A stretch of DNA of 64,000 nt from Candidatus Acidiferrales bacterium. Its GTDB lineage: Bacteria; Acidobacteriota; Terriglobia; Acidiferrales; UBA7541. Location of the stretch: the NCBI GenBank assembly GCA_963726725.1, contig CAVSDV010000023.1:15203-79202 (forward strand), read 5' to 3'. Position 1 is the stretch's first letter. Every line of letters begins with the position of its first letter. This document shows, in pieces, positions 63,228 to 64,000 of the stretch. A program made the position numbers and the translations under genes. The notes under the pieces were generated by a model. The model saw nothing but the letters and a program-made list of their open reading frames with translations, was not told where the DNA came from and did not search any database.

Positions 63228-64000
63228 TCAGTTCTCCTTCTTCTGGAGAAAGATGGCGTTGGTAATGAGCGGCTTGGCCCAGAAGCCGACGCTCAGGACG
63301 CAACCAAAAGTCAGATAAAGAAATGACATCCCTACGCGCAGGCCGAAAAGGTCGCCCAGGCGGCCGATGATGATCGGACCGAAAGCACCTCCGACAATTC
63401 CGGTACATAGAATTCCCGCGAAGGAGCCATGATGCTCGGAAACAGAATTGAGCGCGAGCGAGGAGATCACAGGCCACATGATGGACGCAAAAAATCCAAC
63501 CAGCGGAAAGGCTGCGATGGACACTTTTGCAGGGCCAAATAGAGCCGCAGTGAGACACAGAATCGTGGCAACGCTGAATCCAATCAGGACGCGACGGCTG
63601 TCGAACAGTTTCAGGAGGAACATGCCCAGCAGACAACCCAGAGTGAGTAGTCCCCAGAACCAGGAGACGGCATTAGCGCCGGTGGTGTGCGGATCCGCAT
63701 GGTGATAGGTGGCAAGGAATTGGGAAATCCAGTTGGCCGTTCCCTGTTCTGAGGCGACATAGGCAAAAACACAGCCGAAAAAAAACCACACTACGCGTTT
63801 GCGCAGGAGATCGCGGTACATGCTCAAAGTGCCCGCCTGTTCATCGGCCTTGCGATCGACACGGGGCGTGTGGCTGAAGATTAGGATGACGATCATGACG
63901 ATTGTGGCCGCCGCGAAGATCCAATAGATGGCGACCCACGGGAGGTTCGCCGGCGTAATGCGATCCAGTAGTTGCAGGGGAGGAAGGGTGGAGGCCGCAG
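63228..64000 (-). CDS. FucP/GluP-like sugar MFS transporter (5' part outside window)
   Basis: FAYVASEQG, SIMWPVISSLAL, GILCTGIVGGA. Confidence 0.85.
   Translation of the reverse strand, partial: AASTLPPLQLLDRITPANLPWVAIYWIFAAATIVMIVILIFSHTPRVDRKADEQAGTLSMYRDLLRKRVVWFFFGCVFAYVASEQGTANWISQFLATYHHADPHTTGANAVSWFWGLLTLGCLLGMFLLKLFDSRRVLIGFSVATILCLTAALFGPAKVSIAAFPLVGFFASIMWPVISSLALNSVSEHHGSFAGILCTGIVGGAFGPIIIGRLGDLFGLRVGMSFLYLTFGCVLSVGFWAKPLITNAIFLQKKEN

Noticed and set aside
19500-64000. Integron cassette array explanation for many small genes and TA pairs
   Set aside because: No intI, no recurring attC (RYYYAAC...GTTRRRY) structures recognised, and genes lie on both strands.

Overview
A 64-kb bacterial window. 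The style of the hypothetical proteins and REP-like repeats suggests Acidobacteriota, which is an inference. Two apparently core blocks (1-3.2 kb secreted and lipoproteins; 12.6-19.5 kb sensor kinase, ABC exporter and M42 peptidase, with many frameshifts that are probably sequencing indels) are surrounded by heavily eroded accessory DNA. Three integration hot-spot signatures are visible. (i) Three copies of a tRNA-Ser 3' end (5.2, 6.55, 10.2 kb), plus a tyrosine-integrase tail, partition a VapBC module and a SWIM-SNF2 helicase module. (ii) Three diverged copies of the 3' end of the protein-coding M42 peptidase gene (19.3, 30.7, 37.8 kb) bracket two integrase-less cargo islands, each with a relic of the same small HNH nuclease. 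Their cargo includes a GNAT/DUF1778 TA pair, YegD-like Hsp70, M24 peptidase, APC permease, CocE/NonD hydrolase, Crp/Fnr regulator and rmlABCD. (iii) A minus-strand tRNA 3' fragment with triple TGGGACCA repeats lies at 42.8 kb. The right half carries a truncated haemoglobin, FAD oxidase, Zn-ADH, RsgA with a possible uORF attenuator, a vanadium haloperoxidase-like gene facing a wHTH-ATPase-TPR regulator, OmpA, MltF-like, SYLF and LPXTG proteins, a USP, IS110/IS21 scraps and a sugar MFS/glycosidase pair. No CRISPR array, rRNA or intact tRNA was seen. All family calls come from reading motifs by eye, not from database searches.
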